From Calonectris borealis (taxonomy: Eukaryota): a DNA stretch of 64,000 nt. Location: positions 808,127 through 872,126 of the forward strand of contig NW_027441456.1 of the NCBI RefSeq assembly GCF_964195595.1. Direction: 5' to 3'. Shown in pieces: positions 1 through 14,800 of this stretch (within the stretch, counting starts at the first letter, position 1; each line of letters starts with the position of its first letter). Below the pieces are notes generated by a model, which saw only the letters and a list, made by a program, of their open reading frames with translations, ran no database searches and had not been told where the DNA came from. Position numbers and translations under genes: made by a program.

Positions 1-1496
1 ACCCCCAGACAACATTTCAAGTTGAACCTGGCCACAGATTTTAAAACAACGTAATTCAGGGGTCAAACTGATGCAAGTCTTTTCTTCTTAAAAAATCCAC
101 ACACTGAAAGAAAGACAACACGCACCCTGCTCTGCTACATCAGGTATCACACTCCTTCCGTTCAGCTTCTATTGCATTTCAGAAATAATACAACAAACCC
201 CAACAGAAAAGGTACAACCACAGCATGCTCCCTAAAAACCTAATCTGAACACCTGACTGTCAATTGCGATCAAAGGAAGAGGTGGTGTGACCCTTCCAAC
301 AGTCTGGATGTGCAGGCAGGACCAAACACTGGCTGGGAATCAAGAATACGCACGCTCATCAAGACAGGCTGGTCAACTTTACCACCAAATCTCTACATCA
401 GCATTTGCTAACGCTGTTCAACTTTGGGTATCCAGAGCTGCACCCAGTTAACGTGAAAGCACCTCCTAGGAGCAGCCGGGATTAAGCCAAGAACTATACC
501 TCTCCCACACGCAAATGGAAGAAAACTCAAACTGTGCTCCCTTCTCCCTCTGCTGGCTCAGAGTTTGTGACAGGAATTGGACTCCGCACTTTGGAAAAGC
601 TCCAAGCTCGCAGCCAAAACAAACTGCAGTTCCCTGGGTCTCAGAGTAATTCTAGAGCTACAGTGGTGATACACATCAACTCTAGATCAGATAATACATG
701 CCAGCACTCATCACTGACCCAAGAAGGCAACCTCCTCCTGCCCTACCCAAGGCTTTCAAATGCAACACGCCTTCTTCCTAGAACAGGACCCTACCCTATT
801 GATTTCTAACACCATTAATATATTTCTTCCTCGAGATGGGACTAGAGAGTCACTACGCAAGCAATCAAGCCACCGCTTGGATGCACTGGAGCCTTTGGGG
901 TATTGTTCTTCCCCACGGCTTCCATGACAAGGAAAATGAGAGACAGGATAGATGGGGAGAAGTTTAACTTACAGTGGAGAAAGCTACGGTGAACAAATAA
1001 GATTGAGACTAAGTCCTTTTTCTCAGGGGAAAAGTACACACCCAAGAAATAATTGCTCAACAGACCAGTAGCATTTTCAAGTTACACAGGAACAAAGAAG
1101 ATTTGGCAAACACAACAGAAGAACCAGCTACCACAACACTACTTTTGTATAGGAGTACTAAAGTGTAAACACACGACACAAAAAATGTATCTATTGCATA
1201 TAGAGAGTTTATAGAAATATTTCATCATTATTTAGTTATATACTATAAGAGACAGTCATATATTTCCGTGTCTATAAACACCTATAAAATCCAAACCTTT
1301 ACTCTTCCTTTGGCCATACACATCTTTCACCTCAACGTACACCAAGAAGAATTCGTAAAATCCAAACGTAATTATCTACAAGATTCCAGTAAAACCTGTA
1401 CCTAAGAAACATTTCAGAGACACTGCTACAAATTTCGTGAAGAATGCAGACAAAATCACCAGTAAAGGAACATTAAAAGCACAATGTTCCCACATC

Positions 1497-1516
1497 TGAA
1501 TTTTTTTTTTTTTTTA
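1497..1516. repeat. Poly(T) tract T16-18, present in every unit (also ~7426-7441 and ~13353-13370)
   Basis: Homopolymer visible in the sequence. Confidence 0.9.
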
Positions 1517-3615
1517 GGAGATGGATCCTGAAGTTTTGCACGTTAGATTATTTTTTAATAAGGTTCTGAAATAGTTTTTGCCATTGGTACCCAACAGCAC
1601 CCGCTTCCCAAGTCTGCAATCATCGAGATCGGTAACTGCAAGGGGTTGTTTCTACAGTTACCCATCGCATTTACCTGGATGTGCTGAGGGTCGACACAAG
1701 ACGAGGATCAGGACCCGCGCTGGCACTCACTGCACCACACCTGCGCTGGCACGATCTGACGAGTGCCAGAATTTCATCCGTCTTCATTCGGCGCAGCCGT
1801 CCCACGCCATCCGCTGCTGTCTGCCCCCAGCAAACACTGCTCGTCCTCACACACTCCGGCAGACGGCGCCCCGAAGCAGGGCATTATTTTAGTTCTGAAT
1901 CGGGTAAGCACAGCATCAAAACAGAGCAATGAAAAAGCCTTCGTTAACATTTACAGAGTTGGCAGCGCGTCAAATCTTTTCTATCCCATTAACAACTTGG
2001 GGTGTACTACCCACTCACGCACATTACCTGCATCACGCATGCCTGTACGTACGTATGCATACGTACGGGCACGTGTGCCTGTATACACCTACGCTACTAC
2101 GTTTCCTTCCCCCCGCCTCTATTTTCTGGTCCAGAAGTATCAAGCTCCACATCCAGTGAAACACAGGCGAGTAGTGAGGCACCAATTCACTTCAGGTCAT
2201 CGGCTATCACCTTGGCATCCAAACTAACACTCACATCACCACCCCAACGACTCTCAAAAGTAACAAGACCAACGTTTCATGAAACTCGCTGCCAAGTGCC
2301 AAAGCTGCCACAATCTGAAGGGGCACTACGAAGGGAATTCTCATGAGCATATCTATCTATCTTTCCCATTGTTTACCTACGCCACCCGCAAGCGTTATTT
2401 TCTGATGCAGTACTTAACCTGCATGTTTTCAGCACAGCAACAACAATCATAAGCGATAGTGCCTCCAGTTCTTTTGGGGACACTAAAAAATAACGGAAAT
2501 TTTTTCCCCGCTCCAGACATAACCAGTTCCTGACATTTTCCACCTCCAGGAACTGGAGTCCAGTTGCTGGGGGCTACATCTGCTCACCCACAACTAGAAA
2601 CCCAACGCTGGTTGCAGTGTTTATCAACGCGAGCAAGCGCAGAGCAGTGCTGCGGCCAGACTCAGTATGTCCTCCTCCCAGGGGAGCCTCGTGGAAACAC
2701 AGCGACAGCCTCCTTGCAGGTAAAGGAGCGAGAAGCTCGCTGCCCAGGTCTCAGAGCAATTCGCGAGCTAAACCAACCATCTGCAGATTTAGATCACACA
2801 ACACACGCCAACACCCATCACAGGCCCAGGGGAATTAACACAGCAGCTCCCTCTGTACATCACGGGGCACGGCAGGGCAAGGGAGGAGCAGCTGGGGAGC
2901 ACGCTCCCAACCCCTAACTCTCCACAAGAGAGTGAGGGCTGTTACCCTTACTAAAAGCACAGCTCAAGCCAGTCCATACTCACACAGGCACCTTCCCTCG
3001 GCCCATACAAAGCTCTACAGGCCACGTGCTTCTCCAAAAGCAACGTGCTCCGGCATCAGGTTTTCTCATCGCGTCCTCTCGCGGCGTCACCTTCAAAAAA
3101 CAGCAACAAAACATTAGTGGTGGCGTCAGCTCGGCGGGTTTCCCTGCCCGGGGGCAATTCGGGCAACTCACCGGCGGCAAGTGCCTGTCGGACACAGACC
3201 TTTCTCCGTCCACCCTCACCACGGGCACGTTGCCTGCCTCGCTTCCCGGCCTGGCGAAGCCCTCTCTGGGGAAACCTCCCGACCAGGCTGAGGTCAACCA
3301 CCAGCTCGCCACTGACCGCCCCGACCAGCAGAAGACCCAGACCCCGCTGAGGGGGCCCGACGCAGACCCCGAGGCCTCCCGGGGGCAGGCGGCCACCCAG
3401 GGCCGCTGCAGCAGGGTCCTGCCGGGCGCTGCCTCCTGCCCTGCCCCGCGGCGTGACGCTGCAACGCCTTCATCAAGAACCATCTCCAATTCTCTCAAAA
3501 CCCTTGTGCTATCTGTTCTGACACCGCTACTTGAAGAACCTTCCTACTCTGTTTGCAAGCTGAAACACACTCCTACAAGCTGCTCCCTTCTTCTCATAAC
3601 TGAACAGACTCACAG

Positions 3616-3660
3616 AACCATTTAGGTTGGAAGGGACTTCTGGAGATCATCTAGTCCAAA
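3616..3660 (-). mobile_element. Short CR1 3'-terminal fragment inside each macrosatellite unit (also at ~9541-9585 and ~15471-15515)
   Basis: 'aggttggaagggacttctggagatcatctagtccaaaccc' is the reverse complement of the canonical CR1 3' end (...ggactagatgatctccagaagtcccttccaacct). Confidence 0.6.
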
Positions 3661-5928
3661 CCCAGGGAAGGAGTTCTGCAATATTTTTTTAGTTTTATTT
3701 TAAAAAAGGAGGGGATGTGTAATACATTCAATAATTATTTCATTCTTATTTCATGATCTGAGATCAAATCCATTTTGAAGGATTACATCGCACTACCTAC
3801 ACACAAGGACTCGTGACCTACGACTGCTGTGCTCGGGCACCCTTTTCAGCCAAAAGGGTACACAGGCCGCTGAAGAGTAAAGCCTGTATTTAGACACAAA
3901 TACTGATTTCACACGCAACAGCATCCTCCATCATAAGCAGCCAAAAGACAGCCGTTACAATGAAATAATGTAACTCGCTCATTCATCAATCATAGGAAGA
4001 TACAACAGGAGAATTACATCAACGCCATTTCCAAAACGGTCATTTTAGTCACATCATAGATTTGTAACAGTCCCTTACCTTACTCCATCGCTGATCTACT
4101 ATTGTGTGCTTTTCAACTGACTTGCTAAGGGGAAGACCTTCTTCTGGCAGGAAAATTGGCCATCTCATGGGCTAGGTCATGGCTTTTTAAAAGCAAACAG
4201 AAAAATTCTAGAGATGGGGAAGTGCTTTAAGCCCACCAATGCCTCCTCTTCACCTCTAACACAGAGGTGGTTTGCCAGCTTCCCAAATAGCCGGGACTTT
4301 CCAGACCTTTCTAGGCTGGGAAGAAGGAAGGCTGCCTAACTTCCATTACTTAATACCTGTTGGGGTTGATTTTGGTTTTCTTCTTCCCTCCCCAAATTAT
4401 AACCTCCCGAGTCTCTACCCGGCTGCTCAGATCTGTCGACCTCTTTGCTCATTTACTGCAACTAAGGGGCAGGCACTGGGCAAACAAGGAAGGTACATCA
4501 ACGGGCATCACCGATGGATCTGTGACCAGCACACCCCGCTGCGATACAGGGGACACCTGCACCACGTCGGGGCGGGAAGGGGGAACACCCTCACCGTCAG
4601 CTAAAGCACTGTGACACCACCGCCGCTCTTCCTCCTCCGCCGAGCACTGAGCCAGGGACCCGGGGACCTTTTCAAGTCAGTCTACATTCTGATTCTTGTA
4701 CCGTGCACTAATTATGAAGCATTTGACCACATCTGCAGAGGGTCCAGGTGACTGAAAACTCTAAGGCACTGAAAACTCAGGTAATGGGAAAGCTACGCTC
4801 AGTGCTAGAAAATGCCGGGTGGCAATACGCTACGCTGATTGCTAAAGTCTTTCTAGAATAATAAAGCTCTAAGTGTAACTGCAACCCTCTGGCCAGTTCT
4901 CAGTCTACCGAGGAGCCTTAACATCAAAAGCCTGGCTGCCCCCATGGCATCAGGCAGTGTCGCGCAATACAGATTCGGAAAGGAACTTTTATAGGCAGGA
5001 TGTGATGCTGCCCAATTTAAAACATCTCCATACAAACAAAACCTCACCCGTCCTGCACAAGCTTCAGAACCAAATCCTCCATACGGGAAAAAAACAAATC
5101 CTGCCGCTTTCCCCACATCAAGAGTACCCAGTTTGCCCTGCAAGGCACAACAGCAACTAATGCACCCTATATCCTAACCAAGCTCAGTCCTGCAGAAGCT
5201 TCAGCAGTGCTAACGAGAAGACACTGTACTTGTGCAAGTGATGATATAGGTCTTACCAGAAGAGCCGGGATTGCTGCAGCACAGAGGGAGAACCTCACAG
5301 CTATTTCTCCTAGAATGTAGGGGGGTAGGGAAGGAAATAACTTGTGGTTTTTTTAACAACAAGAAAAACACGTTCAAATCACCATTGAAAATACGGAACA
5401 AAATGCTGAAAGCCCAGGTTTTATATTGAACAAAAAAACCCCTAACTACAAAGAGCCCCTCTACTGTTTCCTCTTCCACCCCACGAGTAATTTCCTCAAC
5501 AGTCAGCAAGTGCACATCACAACTCCAGTGATCGGCGTGCTAACTGCGCATAAGAGAAAACAAATTCTTTTCCGCTGGTGGATATCTCCAGGTATATATC
5601 CAAATAAACTCCAATAGTGTCACTGGCACAGAGCTATGTGACCTTTAACTTTACCTGTAGTGCCCTACTGGGCGGCTGCAGAGCTGTGGACTCAGAAATA
5701 CCGGGGCACAACTCTTGGCCCACCTGAAACGTTCCCGGCTCTCTCGGCTATCTGGGCAGAAGGAGAAACTATGCCGGGTTTTAGAGCAAGACTGCCTAGC
5801 GCTGCAAATTTTCTTTTGCACACTCGCACCCGGAAGCTAAGCCAGAAGCAGCCACACCTGCAGATGAGGGACTGCTGAGCATGTCCACACCAACAGACCT
5901 CTCCTAACACACACTTCCAGCAATTAAC

Positions 5929-8900
5929 ACCCCCAGACAACATTTCAAGTTGAACCTGGCCACAGATTTTAAAACAATGTAATTCGGGGGTCAAACTGAT
6001 GCAAGTCTTTTCTTCTTAAAAAATCCACACACTGAAAGAAAGACAACACGCACCCTGCTCTGCTACATCAGGTATCACACTCCTTCCATTCAGCTTCTAT
6101 TGCATTTCAGAAATAATACAACAAACCCCAACAGAAAAGGTACAACCACAGCATGCTCCCTAAAAACCTAATCTGAACACCTGACTGTCAATTGCGATCA
6201 AAGGAAGAGGTGGTGTGACCCTTCCAACAGTCTGGATGTGCAGGCAGGACCAAACACTGGCTGGGAATCAAGAATACGCACGCTCATCAAGACAGGCTGG
6301 TGAACTTTACCACCAAATCTCTACATCAGCATTCGCTAACGCTGTTCAACTTTGGGTATCCAGAGCTGCACCCAGTTAACGTGAAAGCATCTCCTAGGAG
6401 CAGCCGGGATTAAGCCAAGAACTATACCTCTCCCACACGCAAATGGAAGAAAACTCAAACTGTGCTCCCTTCTCCCTGTGCTGGCTTAGCGTTTGTGACA
6501 GGAATTGGACTCCACACTTTGGAAAAGCTCCAAGCTCGCAGCCAAAACAAACTGCAGTTCCCTGGGTCTCAGAGTAATTCTAGAGCCACAGTGGTGATAC
6601 ACATCAACTCTAGATCAGATAATACATGCCAGCACTCATCACTGACCCAAGAAGGCAACCTCCTCCTGCCCTACCCAAGGCTTTCAAATGCAACACGCCT
6701 TCTTCCTAGAACAGGACCCTACCCTATTGATTTCTAACACCATTAATATATTTCTTCCTCGAGATGGGACTAGAGAGTCACTACGCAAGCAATCAAGCCA
6801 CCGCTTGGATGCACTGGAGCCTTTGGGGTATTGTTCTTCCCCACGGCTTCCATGACAAGGAAAATGAGAGACAGGATAGATGGGGAGAAGTTTAACTTGC
6901 AGTGGAGAAAGCTACGGTGAACAAATAAGATTGAGACTAAGTCCTTTTTCTCAGGGGAAAAGTACACACCCAATAAATAATTGCTCAACAGACCAGTAGC
7001 ATTTTCAAGTTACACAGGAACAAAGAAGATTTGACAAACACAACAGAAGAACCAGCTACCACAACACTACTTTTGTATAGGAGTACTAAAGTGTAAACAC
7101 ACAACAAAAAATGTATCTATTGCATATAGAGAGTTTATAGAAATATTTCATCATTATTTAGTTATATACTATAAGAGACAGTCATATATTTCCGTGTCTA
7201 TAAACACCTATAAAATCCAAACCTTTACTCTTCCTTTGGCCATACACATCTTTCACCTCAACGTACACCAAGAAGAATTCGTTAAACCCAAACGTAATTA
7301 TCTACAAGATTCCAGTAAAACCTGTACCTAAGAAAGACTTCAGAGACACTGCTACAAATTTCGTGAAGAATGCAGACAAAATCACCAGTAAAGGAACATT
7401 AAAAGCACAATGTTCCCACATCTGAATTTTTTTTTTTTTAGGAGATGGATCCTGGAGTTTTGCACGTTAGATTATTTTTTAATAAGGTTCTGAAATAGTT
7501 TTTGCCATTGGTATCCAACAGCGCCCGCTTCCCAAGTCTGCAATCATCGAGATCGGTAACTGCAAGGGGTTGTTTCTACAGTTACCCATCGCATTTACCT
7601 GGATGTGCTGAGGGTCAACACAAGACGAGGATCAGGACCCGCGCTGGCACTCACTGCACCACACCTGCGCTGGCACGATCTGACGAGTGCCAGGATTTCA
7701 TCTGTCTTCATTCGGCGCAGCCGTCCCACGCCATCCGCTGCTGTCTGCCCCCAGCAAACACTGCTCGTCCTCACACACTCCGGCAGACTGCGCCCCGAAG
7801 CAGGGCATTATTTTAGTTCTGAATCGGGTAAGCACAGCATCAAAACAGAGCAATGAAAAAGCCTTCGTTAACATTTACAGAGTTGGCAGCGCGTCAAATC
7901 TTTTCTATCCCATTAACAACTTGGGGTGTACTACCCACTCACGCACATTACCTGCATCACGCATGCCTGTACGTACGTATGCATACGTACGGGCACGTGT
8001 GCCTGTATACACCTACGCTACTACGTTTCCTTCCCCCCGCCTCTATTTTCTGGTCCAGAAGTATCAAGCTCCACGTCCAGTGAAACACGGGCGAGTAGTG
8101 AGGCACCAATTCACTTCAGGTCATCGGCTATCACCTTGGCATCCAAACTAACACTCACATCACCACCCCAACGACTCTCAAAAGTAACAAGACCAACGTT
8201 TCATGAAACTCGCTGCCAAGTGCCAAAGCTGCCACAATCTGAAGGGGCACTACGAAGGGAATTCTCATGAGCATATCTATCTATCTTTCCCATTGTTTAC
8301 CTACGCCACCCGCAAGCGTTATTTTCTGATGCAGTACTTAACCTGCATGTTTTCAGCACAGCAACAACAATCATAAGCGATAGTGCCTCCAGTTCTTTTG
8401 GGGACACTAAAAAATAACTGCAACTTTTTTCCCCGCTCCAGACATAACCAGTTCCTGACATTTTCCACCTCCAGGAACTGGAGTCCAGTTGCTGGGGGCT
8501 ACATCTGCTCACCCACAACTAGAAACCCAACGCTGGTTGCAGTGTTTATCAACGCGAGCAAGCGCAGAGCAGTGCTGCGGCCAGACTCAGTATGTCCTCC
8601 TCCCAGGGGAGCCTCGTGGAAACACAGCGACAGCCTCCTTGCAGGTAAAGGAGCGAGAAGCTCGCTGCCCAGGTCTCAGAGCAATTCGAGAGCTAAACCA
8701 ACCATCTGCAGATTTAGATCACACAACACACGCCAACACCCATCACAGGCCCAGGGGAATTAACACAGCAGCTCCCTCTGTACATCACGGGGCACGGCAG
8801 GGCAAGGGAGGAGCAGCTGGGGAGCACGCTCCCAACCCCTAACTCTCCACAAGAGAGTGAGGGCTGTTACCCTTACTAAAAGCACAGCTCAAGCCAGTCC

Positions 8901-11855
8901 ATACTCACACAGGCACCTTCCCTCGGCCCATACAAAGCTCTACAGGCCACGTGCTTCTCCAAAAGCAACGTGCTCCGGCATCAGGTTTTCTCATCGCGTC
9001 CTCTCGCGGCGTCACCTTCAAAAAACAGCAACAAAACATTAGTGGTGGCGTCAGCTCGGCGGGTTTCCCTGCCCGGGGGCAATTCGGGCAACTCACCGGC
9101 GGCAAGTGCCTGTCGGACACAGACCTTTCTCCGTCCACCCTCACCACGGGCACGTTGCCTGCCTCGCTTCCCGGCCTGGCGAAGCCCTCTCTGGGGAAAC
9201 CTCCCGACCAGGCTGAGGTCAACCACCAGCTCGCCACTGACCGCCCCGACCAGCAGAAGACCCAGACCCCGCTGAGGGGGCCCGACGCAGACCCCGAGGC
9301 CTCCCGGGGGCAGGCGGCCACCCAGGGCCGCTGCAGCAGGGTCCTGCCGGGCGCTGCCTCCTGCCCTGCCCCGCGGCGTGACGCTGCAACGCCTTCATCA
9401 AGAACCATCTCCAATTCTCTCAAAACCCTTGTGCTATCTGTTCTGACACCGCTACTTGAAGAACCTTCCTACTCTGTTTGCAAGCTGAAACACACTCCTA
9501 CAAGCTGCTCCCTTCTTCTCATAACTGAACAGACTCACAGAACCATTTAGGTTGGAAGGGACTTCTGGAGATCATCTAGTCCAAACCCAGGGAAGGAGTT
9601 CTGCAATATTTTTTTAGTTTTATTTTAAAAAAGGAGGGGATGTGTAATACATTCAATAATTATTTCATTCTTATTTCATGATCTGAGATCAAATCCATTT
9701 TGAAGGATTACATCGCACTACCTACACACAAGGACTCGTGACCTACGACTGCTGTGCTCGGGCACCCTTTTCAGCCAAAAGGGTACACAGGCCGCTGAAG
9801 AGTAAAGCCTGTATTTAGACACAAATACTGATTTCACACGCAACAGCATCCTCCATCATAAGCAGCCAAAAGACAGCCGTTACAATGAAATAATGTAACT
9901 CGCTCATTCATCAATCATAGGAAGATACAACAGGAGAATTACATCAACGCCATTTCCAAAACGGTCATTTTAGTCACATCATAGATTTGTAACAGTCCCT
10001 TACCTTACTCCATCGCTGATCTACTATTGTGTGCTTTTCAACTGACTTGCTAAGGGGAAGACCTTCTTCTGGCAGGAAAATTGGCCATCTCATGGGCTAG
10101 GTCATGGCTTTTTAAAAGCAAACAGAAAAATTCTAGAGATGGGGAAGTGCTTTAAGCCCACCAATGCCTCCTCTTCACCTCTAACAGAGAGGTGGTTTGC
10201 CAGCTTCCCAAATAGCCGGGACTTTCCAGACCTTTCTAGGCTGGGAAGAAGGAAGGCTGCCTAACTTCCATTACTTAATACCTGTTGGGGTTGATTTTGG
10301 TTTTCTTCTTCCCTCCCCAAATTATAACCTCCCGAGTCTCTACCCGGCTGCTCAGATCTGTCGACCTCTTTGCTCATTTACTGCAACTAAGGGGCAGGCA
10401 CTGGGCAAACAAGGAAGGTACATCAACGGGCATCACCGATGGATCTGTGACCAGCACACCCCGCTGCGATACAGGGGACACCTGCACCACGTCGGGGCGG
10501 GAAGGGGGAACACCCTCACCGTCAGCTAAAGCACTGTGACACCAACGCTGCTCTTCCTCCTCCGCCGAGCACTGAGCCAGGGACCCGGGGACCTTTTCAA
10601 GTCAGAGTCTACATTCTGATTCTTGTACCGTGCACTAATTATGAAGCATTTGACCACATCTGCAGAGGGTCCAGGTGACTGAAAACTCTAAGGCACTGAA
10701 AACTCAGGTAATGGGAAAGCTACGCTCAGTGCTAGAAAAGGCCGGGTGGCAATACGCTACGCTGATTGCTAAAGTCTTTCTAGAATAATAAAGCTCTAAG
10801 TGTAACTGCAACCCTCTGGCCAGTTCTCAGTCTACCGAGGAGCCTTAACATCAAAAGCCTGGCTGCCCCCATGGCATCAGGCAGTGTCGCGCAATACAGA
10901 TTCGGAAAGGAACTTTTATAGGCAGGATGTGATGCTGCCCAATTTAAAACATCTCCATACAAACAAAACCTCACCCGTCCTGCACAAGCTTCAGAACCAA
11001 ATCCTCCATACGGGAAAAAAACAAATCCTGCCGCTTTCCCCACATCAAGAGCACCCAGTTTGCCCTGCAAGGCACAACAGCAACTAATGCACCCTATATC
11101 CTAACCAAGCTCAGTCCTGCAGAAGCTTCAGCAGTGCTAACGAGAAGACACTGTACTTGTGCAAGTGATGATATAGGTCTTACCAGAAGAGCCGGGATTG
11201 CTGCAGCACAGAGGGAGAACCTCACAGCTATTTCTCCTAGAATGTAGGGGGGTAGGGAAGGAAATAACTTGTGGTTTTTTTAACAACAAGAAAAACACGT
11301 TCAAATCACCATTGAAAATACGGAACAAAATGCTGAAAGCCCAGGTTTTATATTGAACAAAAAAACCCCTAACTACAAAGCGCCCCTATGCTGTTTCCTC
11401 TTCCACCCCACGGGTAATTTCCTCAACAGTCAACAAGTGCACATCACAACTCCAGTGATCGGCGTGCTAACTGCGCATAAGAGAAAACAAATTCTTTTCC
11501 GCTGGTGGATATCTCCAGGTATATATCCAAATAAACTCCAATAGTGTCACTGGCACAGAGCTATGTGACCTTTAACTTTACCTGTAGTGCCCTACTGGGC
11601 GGCTGCAGAGCTGTGGACTCAGAAATACCGGGGCACAACTCTTGGCCCACCTGAAACGTTCCCGGCTCTCTCGGCTATCTGGGCAGAAGGAGAAACTATG
11701 CCGGGTTTTAGAGCAAGACTGCCTAGCGCTGCAAAGTTTCTTTTGCACACTCGCACCCGGAAGCTAAGCCAGAAGCAGCCACACCTGCAGATGAGGGACT
11801 GCTGGGCATGTCCACACCAACAGACCTCTCCTAACACACACTTCCAGCAATTAAC
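5929..11855. repeat. Macrosatellite unit copy 2 (full length)
   Basis: Colinear with copy 1 over the full 5.93 kb, with near-identical ORF translations. Confidence 0.95.
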
Positions 11856-14800
11856 ACCCCCAGACAACATTTCAAGTTGAACCTGGCCACAGATTTTAAA
11901 ACAATGTAATTCGGGGGTCAAACTGATGCAAGTCTTTTCTTCTTAAAAAATCCACACACTGAAAGAAAGACAACACGCACCCTGCTCTGCTACATCAGGT
12001 ATCACACTCCTTCCGTTCAGCTTCTATTGCATTTCAGAAATAATACAACAAACCCCAACAGAAAAGGTACAACCACAGCATGCTCCCTAAAAACCTAATC
12101 TGAACACCTGACTGTCAATTGCGATCAAAGGAAGAGGTGGTGTGACCCTTCCAACAGTCTGGATGTGCAGGCAGGACCAAACACTGGCTGGGAATCAAGA
12201 ATACGCACGCTCATCAAGACAGGCTGGTGAACTTTACCACCAAATCTCTACATCAGCATTTGCTAACGCTGTTCAACTTTGGGTATCCAGAGCTGCACCC
12301 AGTTAACGTGAAAGCATCTCCTAGGAGCCGCCGGGATTAAGCCAAGAACTATACCTCTCCCACACGCAAATGGAAGAAAACTCAAACTGTGCTCCCTTCT
12401 CCCTCTGCTGGCTTAGCGTTTGTGACAGGAATTGGACTCCACACTTTGGAAAAGCTCCAAGCTCGCAGCCAAAACAAACTGCAGTTCCCTGGGTCTCAGA
12501 GTAATTCTAGAGCCACAGTGGTGATACACATCAACTCTAGATCAGATAATACATGCCAGCACTCATCACTGACCCAAGAAGGCAACCTCCTCCTGCCCTA
12601 CCCAAGGCTTTCAAATGCAACACGCCTTCTTCCTAGAACAGGACCCTACCCTATTGATTTCTAACACCATTAATATATTTCTTCCTCGAGATGGGACTAG
12701 AGAGTCACTACGCAAGCAATCAAGCCACCGCTTGGATGCACTGGAGCCTTTGGGGTATTGTTCTTCCCCACGGCTTCCATGACAAGGAAAATGAGAGACA
12801 GGATAGATGGGGAGAAGTTTAACTTGCAGTGGAGAAAGCTACGGTGAACAAATAAGATTGAGACTAAGTCCTTTTTCTCAGGGGAAAAGTACACACCAAA
12901 TAAATAATTGCTCAACAGACCAGTAGCATTTTCAAGTTACACAGGAACAAAGAAGATTTGACAAACACAACAGAAGAACCAGCTACCACAACACTACTTT
13001 TGTATAGGAGTACTAAAGTGTAAACACACAACAAAAAATGTATCTATTGCATATAGAGAGTTTATAGAAATATTTCATCATTATTTAGTTATATACTATA
13101 AGAGACAGTCATATATTTCCGTGTCTATAAACACCTATAAAATCCAAACCTTTACTCTTCCTTTGGCCATACACATCTTTCACCTCAACGTACACCAAGA
13201 AGAATTCGTAAAACCCAAACGTAATTATCTACAAGATTCCAGTAAAACCTGTACCTAAGAAAGACTTCAGAGACACTGCTACAAATTTCGTGAAGAATGC
13301 AGACAAAATCACCAGTAAAGGAACATTAAAAGCACAATGTTCCCACATCTGAATTTTTTTTTTTTTAGGAGATGGATCCTGGAGTTTTGCACGTTAGATT
13401 ATTTTTTAATAAGGTTCTGAAATAGTTTTTGCCATTGGTATCCAACAGCGCCCGCTTCCCAAGTCTGCAATCATCGAGATCGGTAACTGCAAGGGGTTGT
13501 TTCTACAGTTACCCATCGCATTTACCTGGATGTGCTGAGGGTCGACACAAGACGAGGATCAGGACCCGCGCTGGCACTCACTGCACCACACCTGCGCTGG
13601 CACGATCTGACGAGTGCCAGGATTTCATCCGTCTTCATTCGGCGCAGCCGTCCCACGCCATCCGCTGCTGTCTGCCCCCAGCAAACACTGCTCGTCCTCA
13701 CACACTCCGGCAGACGGCGCCCCGAAGCAGGGCATTATTTTAGTTCTGAATCGGGTAAGCACAGCATCAAAACAGAGCAATGAAAAAGCCTTAGTTAACA
13801 TTTACAGAGTTGGCAGCGCGTCAAATCTTTTCTATCCCATTAACAACTTGGGGTGTACTACCCACTCACGCACATTACCTGCATCATGCATGCCTGTACG
13901 TACGTATGCATACGTACGGGCACGTGTGCCTGTATACACCTACGCTACTACGTTTCCTTCCCCACCGCCGCTATTTTCTGGTCCAGAAGTATCAAGCTCC
14001 ACGTCCAGTGAAACACAGGCGAGTAGTGAGGCACCAATTCACTTCAGGTCATCGGCTATCACCTTGGCATCCAAACTAACACTCACATCACCACCCCAAC
14101 GACTCTCAAAAGTAACAAGACCAACGTTTCATGAAACTCGCTGCCAAGTGCCAAAGCTGCCACAATCTGAAGGGGCACTACGAAGGGAATTCTCATGAGC
14201 ATATCTATCTATCTTTCCCATTGTTTACCTACGCCACCCGCAAGCGTTATTTTCTGATGCAGTACTTAACCTGCATGTTTTCAGCACAGCAACAACAATC
14301 ATAAGCGATAGTGCCTCCAGTTCTTTTGGGGACACTAAAAAATAACTGCAACTTTTTTCCCCGCTCCAGACATAACCAGTTCCTGACATTTTCCACCTCC
14401 AGGAACTGGAGTCCAGTTGCTGGGGGCTACATCTGCTCACCCACAACTAGAAACCCAACGCTGGTTGCAGTGTTTATCAACGCGAGCAAGCGCAGAGCAG
14501 TGCTGCGGCCAGACTCAGTATGTCCTCCTCCCAGGGGAGCCTCGTGGAAACACAGCGACAGCCTCCTTGCAGGTAAAGGAGCGAGAAGCTCGCTGCCCAG
14601 GTCTCAGAGCAATTCGAGAGCTAAACCAACCATCTGCAGATTTAGATCACACAACACACGCCAACACCCATCACAGGCCCAGGGGAATTAACACAGCAGC
14701 TCCCTCTGTACATCACGGGGCACGGCAGGGCAAGGGAGGAGCAGCTGGGGAGCACGCTCCCAACCCCTAACTCTCCACAAGAGAGTGAGGGCTGTTACCC

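Larger units (their letters stand above)
1..5928. repeat. Macrosatellite unit copy 1 (~5.93 kb tandem repeat; the window begins at or inside the array)
   Basis: Sequence 1-5928 recurs at 5929 and 11856 (e.g. 'acccccagacaacatttcaagttgaacctgg'). The ORF track repeats at offsets 5928 and 11855 (534/6462/12389; 3026/8951/14879) with only scattered substitutions. Confidence 0.95.

Noticed and set aside
2980-3625. Long ORFs inside the macrosatellite unit (e.g. 3026..3625 199 aa, 2980..3498 172 aa on the opposite strand, repeated in every copy)
   Set aside because: They overlap each other on both strands, are Pro/Ser/Arg/Gly-rich with low complexity, lie in the CpG-island-derived GC-rich part of the unit, and have no recognisable domain. 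Their repetition reflects DNA copy identity, not selection.
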